Below are positions 14,224-26,183 of a stretch of DNA of 64,000 nucleotides, piece after piece; within the stretch, counting starts at the first letter, position 1, and each line of letters opens with the position of its first letter. The notes under the pieces were generated by a model that had not been told where the DNA came from, did no database searches, and saw only the letters and a program-made list of their open reading frames with translations. The position numbers and the translations under genes are program-made. Origin of the DNA: Lingula anatina (Eukaryota; Animalia; Brachiopoda); contig CM120641.1 of assembly GCA_051362555.1 (NCBI GenBank), positions 13,826,001 through 13,890,000 on the forward strand. Direction: 5' to 3'.

Positions 14224-16048
14224 TCACTTCTTAGCAGCCTGCTGGGCCTTGAGAACACGAACAACAATCTTCTGTTCTTCAATTAAGAAAGCACGAACTA
14301 TCCTGAAATGAAGAAAATAACAAACATTGCAATCTCATACATTATTCGCTTCCATTTTTTTTTCTTAAAAGATTGAAGTCACAGTTTCTGCTTTAAAATG
14401 TCATAGTCAATGCTGTCATATTTACATTGGAGTTATCTAGGACAGCTTAATTTTCAAAGAGATATTTTATATCTGAAACTATACCTGCTTCTCACACACT
14501 TGTGGCATCTAGATCCACCATATGTTCTGGTGACATGTTTCAGACGTTTGGACATGGCCATCAGTTTCAGGGGGCGTGCAGGGGTGATCTGGAAATAATG
14601 ATCAAATATTCAGGCTACATTATTATTTATGTTACAGTATACTCTGCATAATTTCTAGTTGCTTTACTCAAATTAGCATATATCTTATTTATCTCTTGGA
14701 AAGAATATTTCTTTGGTAATATCTGGGACTTGTATATATTGCCAAATTCAAATCATTGTACAAATTTCCCAGTCTCAAAATGTCCAATTTATGCAGACTT
14801 TACAGTGTACTTTTCATGCTGAAGTAAATGTATGCTTTGGATGCAGTTATACAAGCTACCAATTTATTTTCCAAGACATCAGAAAATGACTCAAACAAGA
14901 CCATGTTATTAATACTATGATATCCTTGGTCATAATTATACCTAAAATCAAACTCCCTTCAAATACCCACTTTTGCAAATATTGCCATGAAAATAATGCA
15001 TTTCTGTCAAAAATGTACTAAAAATCTTTTCACATCAGCATTAGAAAATGTTTCAATAAAATAAACACCAGTCACGTAGAAAATGCAAACACAGACAACT
15101 ACCCAAGCCATAACTTCAAAACTGTTCAGTAAGTGCAGGAGTGCCTTACCCTAAAATATCAAACACATTTTGGCTTGTGCAACAGTAATTACCTACCCCG
15201 TGTAGTTTGACTTTGCAATCACCACATTTTGGAATAGTACCAGGCTTCTTTTTGTAAAGGTATACCAGTTTACCACCTAGAAACATTAATAAACCAGGTG
15301 AAATTTTTGAATAACAGGAAATGAAAGTTGATCAGAAACTACTGCTCTTAAAATGTATGAAATTCTAAATTGTAAGATTTAAAGAAACAATAAAATGTAA
15401 TATATATTATTTACAATTATAACTCAAAAGATATGTTTAGCATGAAAATGACTTACCCGGTGTCTTGGAGCTATAAAAAAAGAAAAAGAAATAAATATTA
15501 TAATTAGTGTTAATGTTGACAAATATTATTGTGAAAGTCACTGATAACTACTGCACACATAATACCAATGTTATTGTCAGTTTCAATAAATAATTTAAAT
15601 TTACAAGAGAAAGTTGTATCGTTTGGACATATTATTACTGGGGGTCAACAGAATGCTGCTGTCGTTTTACGACCTTTAATACATAATTTAACAATATTGA
15701 GTTACAATGGATAGACGAGCAGAATTACTGCATCTACTTATTTCTGAACTACACATGTTTAACAACCGGCTCTTCTGACTGGGATATCATGATCTTTTTA
15801 GTTTTACTCTGTTAATTCTAGTTCTTCACACGATCAGTGTCACTGCAGAAGGTCCAGTCCCATCGGCTACGATGTCTTATTTTCTGCCACATTGTCGCTC
15901 ATTCCCACGATCCTAGATCTAACATAGTTTTGTATCTAAGCCTAATAAGTTTGAGCAGGAGACCATAAATGCAATGTACTTACATCTTTCTCTGGTTAGA
16001 CCTTGTGTTGTAGGACAGGCGACGTCTGTATGTGAGTCGCTGCACCAT
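14224..16048 (-). CDS. rpl34: 60S ribosomal protein L34 (eL34), 113 aa
   Basis: Exons 16048-15984, 15470-15457, 15276-15197, 14588-14485 and 14302-14224 give [59 protein letters not shown]...[48 protein letters not shown] at 14197-14192. Confidence 0.98.
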
Positions 16049-16214
16049 TTTGCTAAATAAAAACGAAGGGGAGATAAAAGAGTGTTCAAACTCTTTAGAA
16101 ATTAGGCTGAAAGATATATTCTTTCCTTAAAACGTTTCATGCTCTATCACCAACGAGTAAATTAGGCTGATGAACGGGGATTTTTATTTGCTTGTTACAA
16201 GCTCATACCCTCAC

Positions 16215-16240
16215 CTTGATGGCGACTATTAAAGAGGAAG
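16215..16240 (-). promoter_or_regulatory. rpl34 non-coding first exon with 5'TOP/TCT initiator
   Basis: Minus strand reads CTTCCTCTTTAATAGTCGCCATCAAG|GTGAGG. The acceptor TTTAG|CAAAATG lies at 16053-16054, just before the ATG. A pyrimidine start is typical of ribosomal protein genes. Confidence 0.8.
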
Positions 16241-16282
16241 TATATACGGTGCATTGCATGCTGGGATAGCTCATTGATCAAC

Positions 16283-19200
16283 ATGGATTCTTTGATGGAA
16301 TCATATGAGCAGCAGTTTGGAAGTTTAACAGCAGATATAACCTCAAAGATTGGGAAAATCCCAAATGTTTCTGGTAGTAAGTTATCACTTACCAATTTGA
16401 TTTTTCAGGCGGCTTGAACTTGCTTTTCAGTGACAATTTACATCTATATGCAGGGGGTATCCACCTCGGACTGTCAAGAAACGCACAAAATGTGTTTTGT
16501 CAGTGTCACTAACTTTTTGACAGAATTGCTAAATGATAGTTAAAAGTGATATAGCACCCAAGTTTAGAAATTCTCTCTCTTTCTCTTTCTCTCTCTCTCA
16601 AGATCATTGAAAAGGAGGGGGGGTCATTTCTACTGTAGAACATGCATGTCTTGGATTGTAAAACCACATTAAATAAGTAAATAGCTTAATAAATAGGCTG
16701 AGGTTGAAAATAAGGAAGCATGTACCTACATGTAGTATGGGCCACAACAGTACACACGAAATTCACAACACAAAATTCACAATACACGCAAAATGTTGTA
16801 GGTTTGCGCTTGTGTGTTTTGGGGTTGTGAAATACAGTATGTTTTGTGAGTTTTGTGTGTTGTTTTGTTGTGACTTTTGCGTTGTTGCCCTTACACTATT
16901 TTGTATAAAACAACAACACAACATAACTTCATAATGAATCCATAGTTAGTTTAAGTTATAACATTTTGTATGATAACTTATACTATCTAGGCACTGCAAT
17001 TATCTGTAGAGTTAATTTTTTATTGTAGAAGAAAAGGTGACAATTATTGAAAATGTGGAAAAGCTCATGGATGAAACCAGAGAATTGGTAAGTTCTGTGG
17101 TTTGCCTGTATTGTATTTTTGTGTCAGTTAATATAAATACAAATTTTATGTTTTGATAAAATGAGCCTGCTCAAGTCAAAATTGTAAACACATTTTAAGT
17201 GGAAGACAATTAAGGTATCATATGCCTGCCCTCACCTAGTAGTAATACTGTAAATCTACTTATGAGGAATGAATAAGTACATACTACTTGTTTATGATTG
17301 TTTTGAGAAATCCTCTCCATGTTTTGTTTTGCTTCTCACTTGCTAACTTACACCAGATGTGTTTTTTTTTTCCTTTCAGCTAGAACAGATGGATTTGGAA
17401 GTTCGTAGCTTGCCTGTAACAGAAAGGCAAAAGTACCAAATTCGACTGAAGAGCTATAAATCAGAATTAACCCAGCTTGAAAAAAACCTGGTAAATGACA
17501 TTCAGTAAATGTCTTTGGTGCTGAGAATCAAAATAATAATAAGATAATAATAACAAAATAATAATAAGAAAAAAACAGCTATGTGTTATCAGGCTGAATG
17601 CCCACAGGGTATAGGGTGTTGGTTGGTCCGAGAGTGATTCACACTAAAGGTAGTATTTGTTGGAATAAGCTGACTATACATATGTAGAAGGGGGACAGCT
17701 GGATCAGGAGAGGTCACTGATATGTTATAGAATAAGTCAGAAAAGTTCTACAAATTTTCACATACATTTATTCACATCTTTATGAGCAAATTCAGAACAG
17801 ATGATCTGCAGACTAACTGATCTGCCGACTAAATATGGCCTATCCCATTAAAAAGTGATGCCACTAAAAAAGGTCTCCCAGCCTCCACATATGACATCGC
17901 TGCAGAGGCCTAGCAGTTAAACTTGGAGCCAAGATTTTATCTGTTTAATGGCATGTATGGAGGTAAGGAGACCATCAGGGAATTTTTTGCGTCGCTTTTT
18001 AAGTGGGGTCAGCCATATTTAGTTGGCAGATCAGTTAGTCTGTGAATCATCTGTTCCAATTACACTCTATGGTGATTAAATGATGTGCAGTTTGTATCTT
18101 TTAAAAACATTAGGTTGGTTTAAATGTGTTATTGTGTCATTTAGTCACTAACTAGGATTTTCAATCTCTTTTAAGAAAAAATCGAAAATAGCATTTAGTG
18201 ATCATGTCCATGCTAGAGAAGAACTTCTTGGGGATGAAACACAGAATTCAGAAGACCAGGTAATTCTTTTTAATCCAGATTAAGTGACAATGTAGTAGTA
18301 GGTACTTGTTTTGAGGTATGAATTAAATAAGCTTTGACATAAACAGTAATTTTGTTCTTACCATATGAGTTGTGGTACCAAATTGCCTAAGTACTTATAC
18401 TACTGAAGTTGAATGCTTAACTTGTTAATAATCTTGTCCAAAACTGTTTTTATTGCTCACTGTCTCAAATGACCATTTGTTTTAAGTGGAAAATTTCTCG
18501 CAGTTTTCATTTTAAATTCATGAAATGCTGCCTTGGTTATTTAGGACCTCTGCAAGATTAATATTACACTTTCTTATTCCAGAGAACTAGGTTGCTTGAT
18601 AATACAGAAAGGTTAGAGAGGTCCAGTAAAAGATTAGAACATGGTTATCAAACAGTTTTAGAAACAGGTAAGTGGATTTCTTTTTTTTTTTTTTTTTTTT
18701 TTTTTGTAGTTTCAGAAGGTAGAGGTGTACTTCATACTGATAACCCCCCTTCTTTACTGCTGCAATGTCAGAGATCTGAAGGTACCATTGGTAGTATTAA
18801 AGGGATAACAATTGTTTGTGTATGATTCTTATTTCACAGTAGCAACATTGTAAAAAACCCATAGAAATATAACACATTCCATTTTACCACCAAAACAACA
18901 ATTATCGCAATTTTTATGGAACCTGGGCTGGCCATCAGACCATGTGGACCTTTATAGATGGCTAAACCTATTTAATAATGTCTTAAGAGATAATTACAAA
19001 AATACTTACTTTGAATGTTGGAATGGATTCATGAACCATTTGTACCAAATATATGGGAAAATCATCATTTACCCCAGGAAAATTGTTTTTTTTTTTTGGC
19101 CAAAACAAATAGTTGTTATCCCTGTAAGTTTTCTGGAGAATATTTAACTAAACTTAGTCCACAGAAGTTTCTTTTTTCCTCCTTTATCAGAAACATTGTA

Positions 19201-22200
19201 CCATCCCACACCTAACATTTTGACTAAAATTTGAAATCAGTCAAATATGGATTTTAACAAATTAATCATATAAATTCACATTGATTTCAAATAGACATTG
19301 AAGACCTTAGTTAATTGATATTTTTTCTTATGATTTTGATTGCATAATCAAATACTTTACATTTGTATTGTGAATTTGTATTGTAAAGAATTTTCAGTAT
19401 GCTAATTAACTCATTCCTGCATATACTGGTGCCCCTATTTATTTGGTTTATATGATAAACTAGAATGAATTTTTATTACAGTTGATAACACATTTACTTA
19501 TAAATGGTCTATTTTTTAATTAAAATATAAAAGAAGAGAGAGATGGAAAGAAATATTATTACTTTCAATTACTTTCCAGAACAGATAGGTGCTGCTGTGT
19601 TAGATGATCTTCATTCTCAACGACAAACCATACAAAGATCAAGAGAAAGAGTAAGACTTAAAATCAGTTGTCAAATGATTATCCAGATTTTTTTAAATTA
19701 TAAAATCCCATTGTTCTTGTAATTTTGATAACATGATCAGCAATAACTCTACTATTTTTTAGTACTGACACACTAAATATATAATAATTGGTTATCCTGA
19801 TGATATTGTAATATACATTTCAAAAGAAATAGTATAAGAGTCAAAGGGAAAAAATTGATAAATTTGGTAAATTTATTTTCAATTACTATTATTGTACCAC
19901 CAGCGTTAGCGCTGGCGGTACACATGGTTTTAGTCCCGTCCGGTCCGTTCCGCCGGCTCCGCCGGCTCCTGCGGCTCCGCCGGCTCCGCCGGCCCCGCCG
20001 GCTCCGCCGCCATGTTACCGTTACCGCTTCTCCTCCTAGACGGTAAGGGCCCCCATACCCATCTCTTGGATTTAGGTCACCTATAATCTCAACTCGTTCC
20101 ACGTAAAATTTGGGCTTTGTCGGTATTGGGGTCTAGGTGTGGCACTCATTGCAATGCACCCTTGTCCAAAAATGGCAAAATTAAATGCTAATTATCTACC
20201 CTACGGAAGGAATTATGGGAAAAATTTCTACAGACGGCTTTCCAAAAGTCATATGTGTAGATTTCAAATATGCCCTTGGATTTGACCTTTGACCTTTATT
20301 TCAAGGTCAAACGGGCAAAAATTTTCAAAAAAATGAATTTTTTTACGAAAAAAAAATTATTTGCGCTGTTATTCAGACACCACACAGACTTAACCAATAA
20401 TATTATTGGAAAATGTTACCCTTCAGGTCATCTTTCATCTGTGTGAATTTGGGGTCAATCGGTGCATTTTCACGGGTGTAGCGGCCATAAGATACCGAAA
20501 CTGAAAACTGTCTCTAATTCGGGAACCGTTAATGCTAGAGACCCATTCTTTCTTGCATTTTGTAGAGTATGTAAAGCCCAACACTGGAGGTGGTCTCCGT
20601 TTTTTTGTATTCCATACGGTTTTCGAGTTACGCTGTATCAAAAAGTACATATTGGTGGTGAAAGCAAAATGTGCAGTACGGTAATGGATAATAAATTTTG
20701 AACTCTGGAAAAATAAAACATAAGGCTTGGCAAAGCAGACAACTTGTGGTCAAAAATGACATTATTTCATCAAATTTGAACTTCTGGAACTTCAGAGCAC
20801 CTCCCATTTCAAGAATTTTTACCAAAATGACCTTTTCTTTATTTTAATTAATTTTTTCTGTAGGAAATTTATGGCACATTAAGGTAACTCCGAAATTATA
20901 ACATTTAGTCCCTTATATCTCCAAAACTGGCAGAGATAGGTCCATAGTTACTATTGAAGTTGAATAGGAAGTCATATACTGGCAATCTTACTGTGACCTT
21001 GAAATTGACCTTTGACCTACTTTTCACCATAAATTGAACTTTGCAAATTTTGCTACCCTTTTATCTCCAAAACTGGCAGAGATAGGTCCATAGTTACTAT
21101 TGAAGTTGAATAGGAAGTCATATACTGGCAATCTAAATGTGATCTTAAAATTGACCTTTGACCTACTTTTCACCATGAACTGAACTTTGCAAATTTTGCC
21201 TCCCTTTTATCTCCAAAACTGGCAGAGATAGGTCCATAGTTTCTATTGAACTCGAATATGAAGTCATATACTGGCAATCTAAATGTGACCTTGAAATTGA
21301 CCTTTGACCTACTTTTCACCATGAACTGAACTTTGGAAATTTTGCTTCCCTTTTATCTCCAAAACTAGCAGAGATAGGTCCATAGTCACTATTGAAGTTG
21401 AATAGGAAGTCATATACTGGCAATCTAAATGTGACCTTAAAATTGACCTTTGATCTACTTTTCACCATGAACTGAACTCTGCTAATTTCTTTCTCTTTTA
21501 ACTCCAAACCTGGCAGAGATAGGTCCATAGTTTCTATTGAAGTTGAATAGGAAGTCATATACTGGCAATCTAAATGTGACCTTGAAATTGACCTTTGACC
21601 TACTTTTTATCATGAATTGAACTTTGCAAATTTTGGTTCCCTTTTATCTCCAAAACTGGCAGAGATAGGTCCATAGTTACTATTGAACTTGAATAGGAAG
21701 TCATATACTGGCAATCTTTCTGTGACCTTGAAATTGACCTTTGACCTACTTTTCATCATGAACTGAACTTTGCAAATTTTGCTTCCCTTTTATCTCCAAA
21801 GTTACGCTGTATCAAAAAGTACATTTTGGTGGTTAAAGCAAAATGTGCTGAACGGTAATGGATAATAAATTTTGAACTCCGGAAAAATAAAACATAAGGC
21901 TTGGCAAAGCAGGCAACTTGTGGTCGAAAATGACATTATTTCATCAAATTTGAACATCTGGAAATTCAGAGCACCTCCCATTTCAAGAATTTTTACCAAA
22001 ATGACCTTTTCTTTATTTTAATTAATTTTTTCCATAGGAAATTTATGGCACATTATGGTAACTCCAAAATTATAACATTTAGTCCCTTATATCTCCAAAA
22101 CTGGCAGAGATAAGTCCATAGTTACTATTGAAGTTGAATAGGAAGTCATGTACTGGCAATCTTACTGTGACCTTGAAATTGACCTTTGACCTACTTTTCA

Positions 22201-25200
22201 CCATGAACTGAACTTTGCAAATTTTGCTTCCCTTTTATCTCCAAAACTGGCAGAGATAGGTCCATAGTTACTATTGAAGTTGAATAGGAAGTCATATACT
22301 GGCAATCTAAATGTGACTCTAAAATTGACCTTTGGCCTACTTTTCACCATGAACTGAACTTTGCAAATTTTGCTTCCCTTTTATCTCCAAAGTTACGCTG
22401 TATCAAAAAGTACATATTGGTGGTTAAAGCAAAATGTGCAGTACAGTAATGGATAATAAATTTTGAACTCCGGAATAAGGCTTGGCAAAGCAGACAACTT
22501 GTGGTCAAAAATGACATTATTTCATCAAATTAGAACATCTGGAACTTCAGAGCACCTCCCATTTCAAGAATTTTGACCAAAATGACCTTTTCTTTATTTT
22601 TATTAATTTTTTCCGTAGGAAATTTATGGCACATTATGGTAACTCCAAAATTATAACATTTAGTCCCTTATATCTCCAAAACTGGCAGAGATAGATCCAT
22701 AGTTACTATTGAAGTTGAATAGGAAGTCATATACTGGCAATCTAAATGTGACTTTGAAATTGACCTTTGACCTACTTTTCACCATGAGTTGAACTTTGCA
22801 AATTTTGGTTCCCTTTTATCTCCAAAACTGGCAGAGATAGGTCCATAGTTACTTTTGAACTTGAATAGGAAGTCATATACTGGCAATCTAAATGTGACCT
22901 TGAAATTGACCTTTGACCTACTTTTTATCATGAATTGAACTTTGCAAATTTTGGTTCCCTTTTATTTCCAAAACTGGCAGAGATAGGTCCATAGTTACTA
23001 TTGAACTTGAATAGGAAGTCATATACTGGCAATCTAAGTGTGACCTTGAAATTGACCTTTGACCTACTTATAATCATGAACTGAACTCTGCTAATTTCTT
23101 TCTCTTTTAACTCCAAACCTGGCAGAGATAGGTCCATAGTTACTATTGAAGTTGAATAGGAAGTCATATACTGGCAATTTACTGTGACCTTGAAATTGAC
23201 CTTTGACCTACCTTACGATGAACTTAATTTTGATTGTACCATTTTAAGTTATATATATTTTTTGCGTATTTTGAAAATTCTTGTTGATTGCATTTTTTAT
23301 GTACAGACACAGATGTGTCTGTACATATTGCCATCACCTGCGTCTGTCGTCGCCGTCGTCGCCGATGCCGATGGCGTCGCCGATGCCGTCGCCGATGCCG
23401 TCGCCGATGCCGGCGCCGTGCACTTTCCTTGTTAACACGATAAGTGGAGGGCAGTTTTACTTTTTGGCTTTATATTTACAGAGCTGATGAATATTCATAA
23501 AACACAGGTCAAGTTCGAAAATCAGCATGATCGGGCCATTATTGTAGAAGTTATGCTGTTTTTTCACTTTTCAGCATATATGCAACCCTGTTAACACATT
23601 TTAAGGAAAACCGATAGGCCTGTTGTCATGAAACTCACAGGAGTAATCAATCTTACTAAAACGCAGGTCAAGTTCGAAAATCGGCATGATCGGGCCACTA
23701 TTTTAGTAGTTATGCTGTTTTTTCACTTTTTAGCATATATGCAACATTGTTAACACATTTCAAGGAAAACCCATAGGCCTGTTGTCATGAAACTCACATT
23801 AGTAATCAATCTTACTAAAACGCAGGTCAAGTTCGAAAATCAGCATAATGGGGCCATTATTTTAGAAGTTATGCTGTTTTTTCACATTTCCTCAGATTCA
23901 ATTCTTAGACATGTTAACAGTTTCATTATTTAATTAATAAGATACGTAAAAGTGTTTGTTTGACATTTCCTGCATCTTTACAACATTGTTAGTTGATTTT
24001 GTAAAAATGATGGTAAACTTGTTATCATGTATTGTGTAATAAAGTTTCAAAAATGGAAATAAACTCATATCATTGCAGTTTGTCAGGTTCAATCATTCAC
24101 TATGTTCAGAATCTCAGAATGGAAGAAATTGGACATTTAACACTGCTCTATTGATATTTTTCCCATCTCATCAATTTTCTTAGTTGATCATATAAAAATG
24201 GCAGTAAACTGTTAATTTTGTTTTATGTTAAAAATTGTTAAAAATGGAAATAAAACATTTCAGAACAGTGCTGTCTTGTTTACATTTTGGCATTTTCAAG
24301 TTGTGACTTTGAAGTTCCATGGGCCTGAAGACCTTTGCTAGTCACAGTTTCTGAATATCCATGATACTAATATTTTATTATTAAAAATTGATGGTCATTA
24401 TGCTGTTAAACATTATGTAATATTGCATCAAAATTTGAAAAAAACCTATTTTGGGCATTGCTCCCATGATGACCATTTAAGAAAAACCATGTCACTTACT
24501 GTTCTCAAACAGTACAGTAAATATGTACAGATGTGTCTGTACATATTGCCATCACCTACGCCTGTCGTCGCTGTCGCCGGCGCTGTGCACTTTCATTATA
24601 AACACGATAAGTGGAAGGCAGTTTTACTTTTTGGCTGCTTGGTAATTCTTACTGCCAGTTAAACAGTTTTTTTGTGAAAATTTAATTTTTCACATATTGG
24701 CATTTTCAAGGTGTGAGTTTGAAGTTCCACGGGCTTGAAGACCCATGCTAGTCACATTTTCTGAAAATCCATGATACGTATATTTTATTATTAAAAATTG
24801 ACGGTCATTAGGCTGTTAACCATTATGTAATATTGCATCAGAATAGAAGAAAACACAATTTTGGGTGCTGCTGCCATGATGACCATTATGGGAAAACCAT
24901 GTTACTTATAATTGCCAAACTTTCAAAAAAGAAATACAGGACTAAAATGCAGCCTGAGTTGGAAAAGTAGTCTAATTGGCTTCTTTTTCTGGAAGTTATA
25001 CATTTTCAAAGTGTGAACTTGAACTCCCATGGGCCTGAAGCCTTATGCTTGTTACACATTTTACTTACATTGGTATTACCTGTTGAGCATAATTAAAATT
25101 TGATGTTGAATTTGCAGTTTAACATAATGTACTTTTGCATCAGAATTGACAGTAGCCTATTTTGTGCATAATTATTTCCTGTTTTTTGTCTGTACATTTG

Positions 25201-25855
25201 ACAGCTTTGCTGCCTTGTATAGCTTGTCAAGCATAAGACTGGTGGCTGTGTCTCTTATTTTGTGTATGTGGGGGTCTATACGAATGCGCTTGCTCCAGCT
25301 GGTGGTACAATATTCGGAGGCGGTATCGCCTCTCTGATCCTCTAGTTTATTTATTTACTTATGTGAAAGTAAAAATAATATTTATTTGCAACCAAAAGTT
25401 GGATGGTACATTTATGATATTAAAAATGGTAATTTTAAGAAATTCCATATTTGATATTAAAATATTTTCTAAAATACATTTTCAAGAACTGCATTAGAAT
25501 TAATTTTTTTTATCCGTTTGGTAAAATCATAAAATAACTTAAAAGGTACAATGTCCACTGAATTTAAGTTCTTGAGGCCCTTGCTGTTCTTAGTTTTGGC
25601 ACTTTAAATATCAGGGCACTTCGTAGCTTGCATTGCAAATGATCTTCTTCAAAATCTTTTTATTGAATAGAGAATTTGTCTTTTCTCACTATGTTTTCAG
25701 TTACGTGAAACTGATGCTGCTCTAGGAAAAAGCTCAAGGATATTATCAGGGATGATGAGAAGGTGAGACTAACATGTATACCCAAACATGCACACATAGA
25801 TAAATTATTCAAATAGATATGGCAAAACTGACTGATTGCCAAAAGCACATAATTA

Positions 25856-25931
<76 letters not shown>

Positions 25932-26183
25932 TTAAGCAGAGTTAACAACAACTCCATCATACTGTATTTATTTAAAGATTTGAACTGCATTTATAAATGC
26001 ATATGACTAATAACTTTTAAACAATTCCTTATACTAATTATTTTAAATACTCTAATTATATTAATTTAAATATTTCTATTTCTTCTTTTCAGAATTATTC
26101 AAAACAGAGCAGTCCTAGTGGTTGTTGGAATTATTATATTGATTGTTATTATAGTAGGAATATACTTTGCTGCCAAGAAGTGA
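16283..26183 (+). CDS. vti1a: Vesicle transport through interaction with t-SNAREs 1A (Qb-SNARE), 218 aa
   Basis: Exons 16283-16376, 17029-17087, 17380-17490, 18176-18259, 18583-18667, 19580-19650, 25701-25762, 26093-26183. Translation: MDSLMESYEQQFGSLTADITSKIGKIP...LEQMDLEVRSLP...QRTRLLDNTERLERSSKRLEHGYQTVLETEQIG...LRETDAALGKSSRILSGMMRRIIQNR plus a C-terminal TM helix. Candidate AATAAA at 27408. Confidence 0.96.
16735..16894. mobile_element. Small fold-back/MITE-like element in vti1a intron 1
   Basis: GTATGGGCCACAAC versus GTTGTTGCCCTTAC (12/14 inverted match). The left arm is CA-rich and the right arm GT-rich. Confidence 0.5.
17795..18056. mobile_element. ~260-bp near-full-length inverted repeat (MITE/fold-back) in vti1a intron 3
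   Basis: GAACAGATGATCTGCAGACTAACTGATCTGCCGACTAAATATGGC pairs with GCCATATTTAGTTGGCAGATCAGTTAGTCTGTGAATCATCTGTTC. The inner GGTCTCC..CCTCCA pairs with TGGAGG..GGAGACC. Confidence 0.8.
20627..23212. repeat. 146-bp satellite array with higher-order structure
   Basis: The unit anchor (CCAAAACTGG or a close variant) recurs at 20921, 21067, 21213, 21359, 21504 and 21650 (period 145-146). A ~290-bp spacer block starting GTTACGCTGTATCAAAAAG occurs at 20627, 21801 and 22392, followed by 6, 2 and ~4 units respectively. Confidence 0.95.
23293..25218 (+). mobile_element. Second HINE nested inside the first
   Basis: 5' hairpin TATGTACAGACAC-AGAT-GTGTCTGTACATA (23298-23327), a (GCCGAT/GCCGTC)n microsatellite, and 159-bp repeats (CAGGTCAAGTTCGAAAATC at 23505, 23664, 23823). 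The 3' end has the subTIR TGTCTGTACAT (25187-25197), the hairpin GACAGC-TTT-GCTGCC and a CTTGT end. A partial second head sits at ~24521-24636. Confidence 0.8.
25859..25927. repeat. (AT)n microsatellite
   Basis: Direct reading. Confidence 0.95.

Larger units (their letters stand above)
19889..25346 (+). mobile_element. Non-autonomous Helentron (HINE/DINE-1-like) carrying satellite arrays, in vti1a intron 6
   Basis: A perfect 15-bp subterminal IR, TATTGTACCACCAGC (19890-19904) / GCTGGTGGTACAATA (25298-25312). The 5' copy forms the hairpin TGTACCACCAGCG-TTAG-CGCTGGCGGTACA, followed by a (CCGCCGGCT)n microsatellite at 19950-20010. The 3' end has the hairpin GAGGCG-GTAT-CGCCTC and a CTAGT end in a T-rich target. 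This matches the established HINE layout. Confidence 0.85.

Noticed and set aside
14303-15983. snoRNAs in rpl34 introns
   Set aside because: I found no convincing C box/D box pair with a terminal stem on the sense strand. H/ACA RNAs cannot be excluded by eye; an Infernal/Rfam scan is needed.
19773-20102. Protamine-like RRSRR ORF
   Set aside because: It is a translation of the (CCGCCGGCT)n microsatellite in the Helentron head, with no gene context.
20628-23167. Repeated near-identical short ORFs (MVKILEMGG..., MTSYSTSI...)
   Set aside because: They are by-products of the satellite units, interrupted by stops, with no Rep/helicase or other recognisable motif.
20627-23212. CRISPR-like regular repeat array
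   Set aside because: Units are homologous along their whole length with no unique spacers, and the context is eukaryotic.
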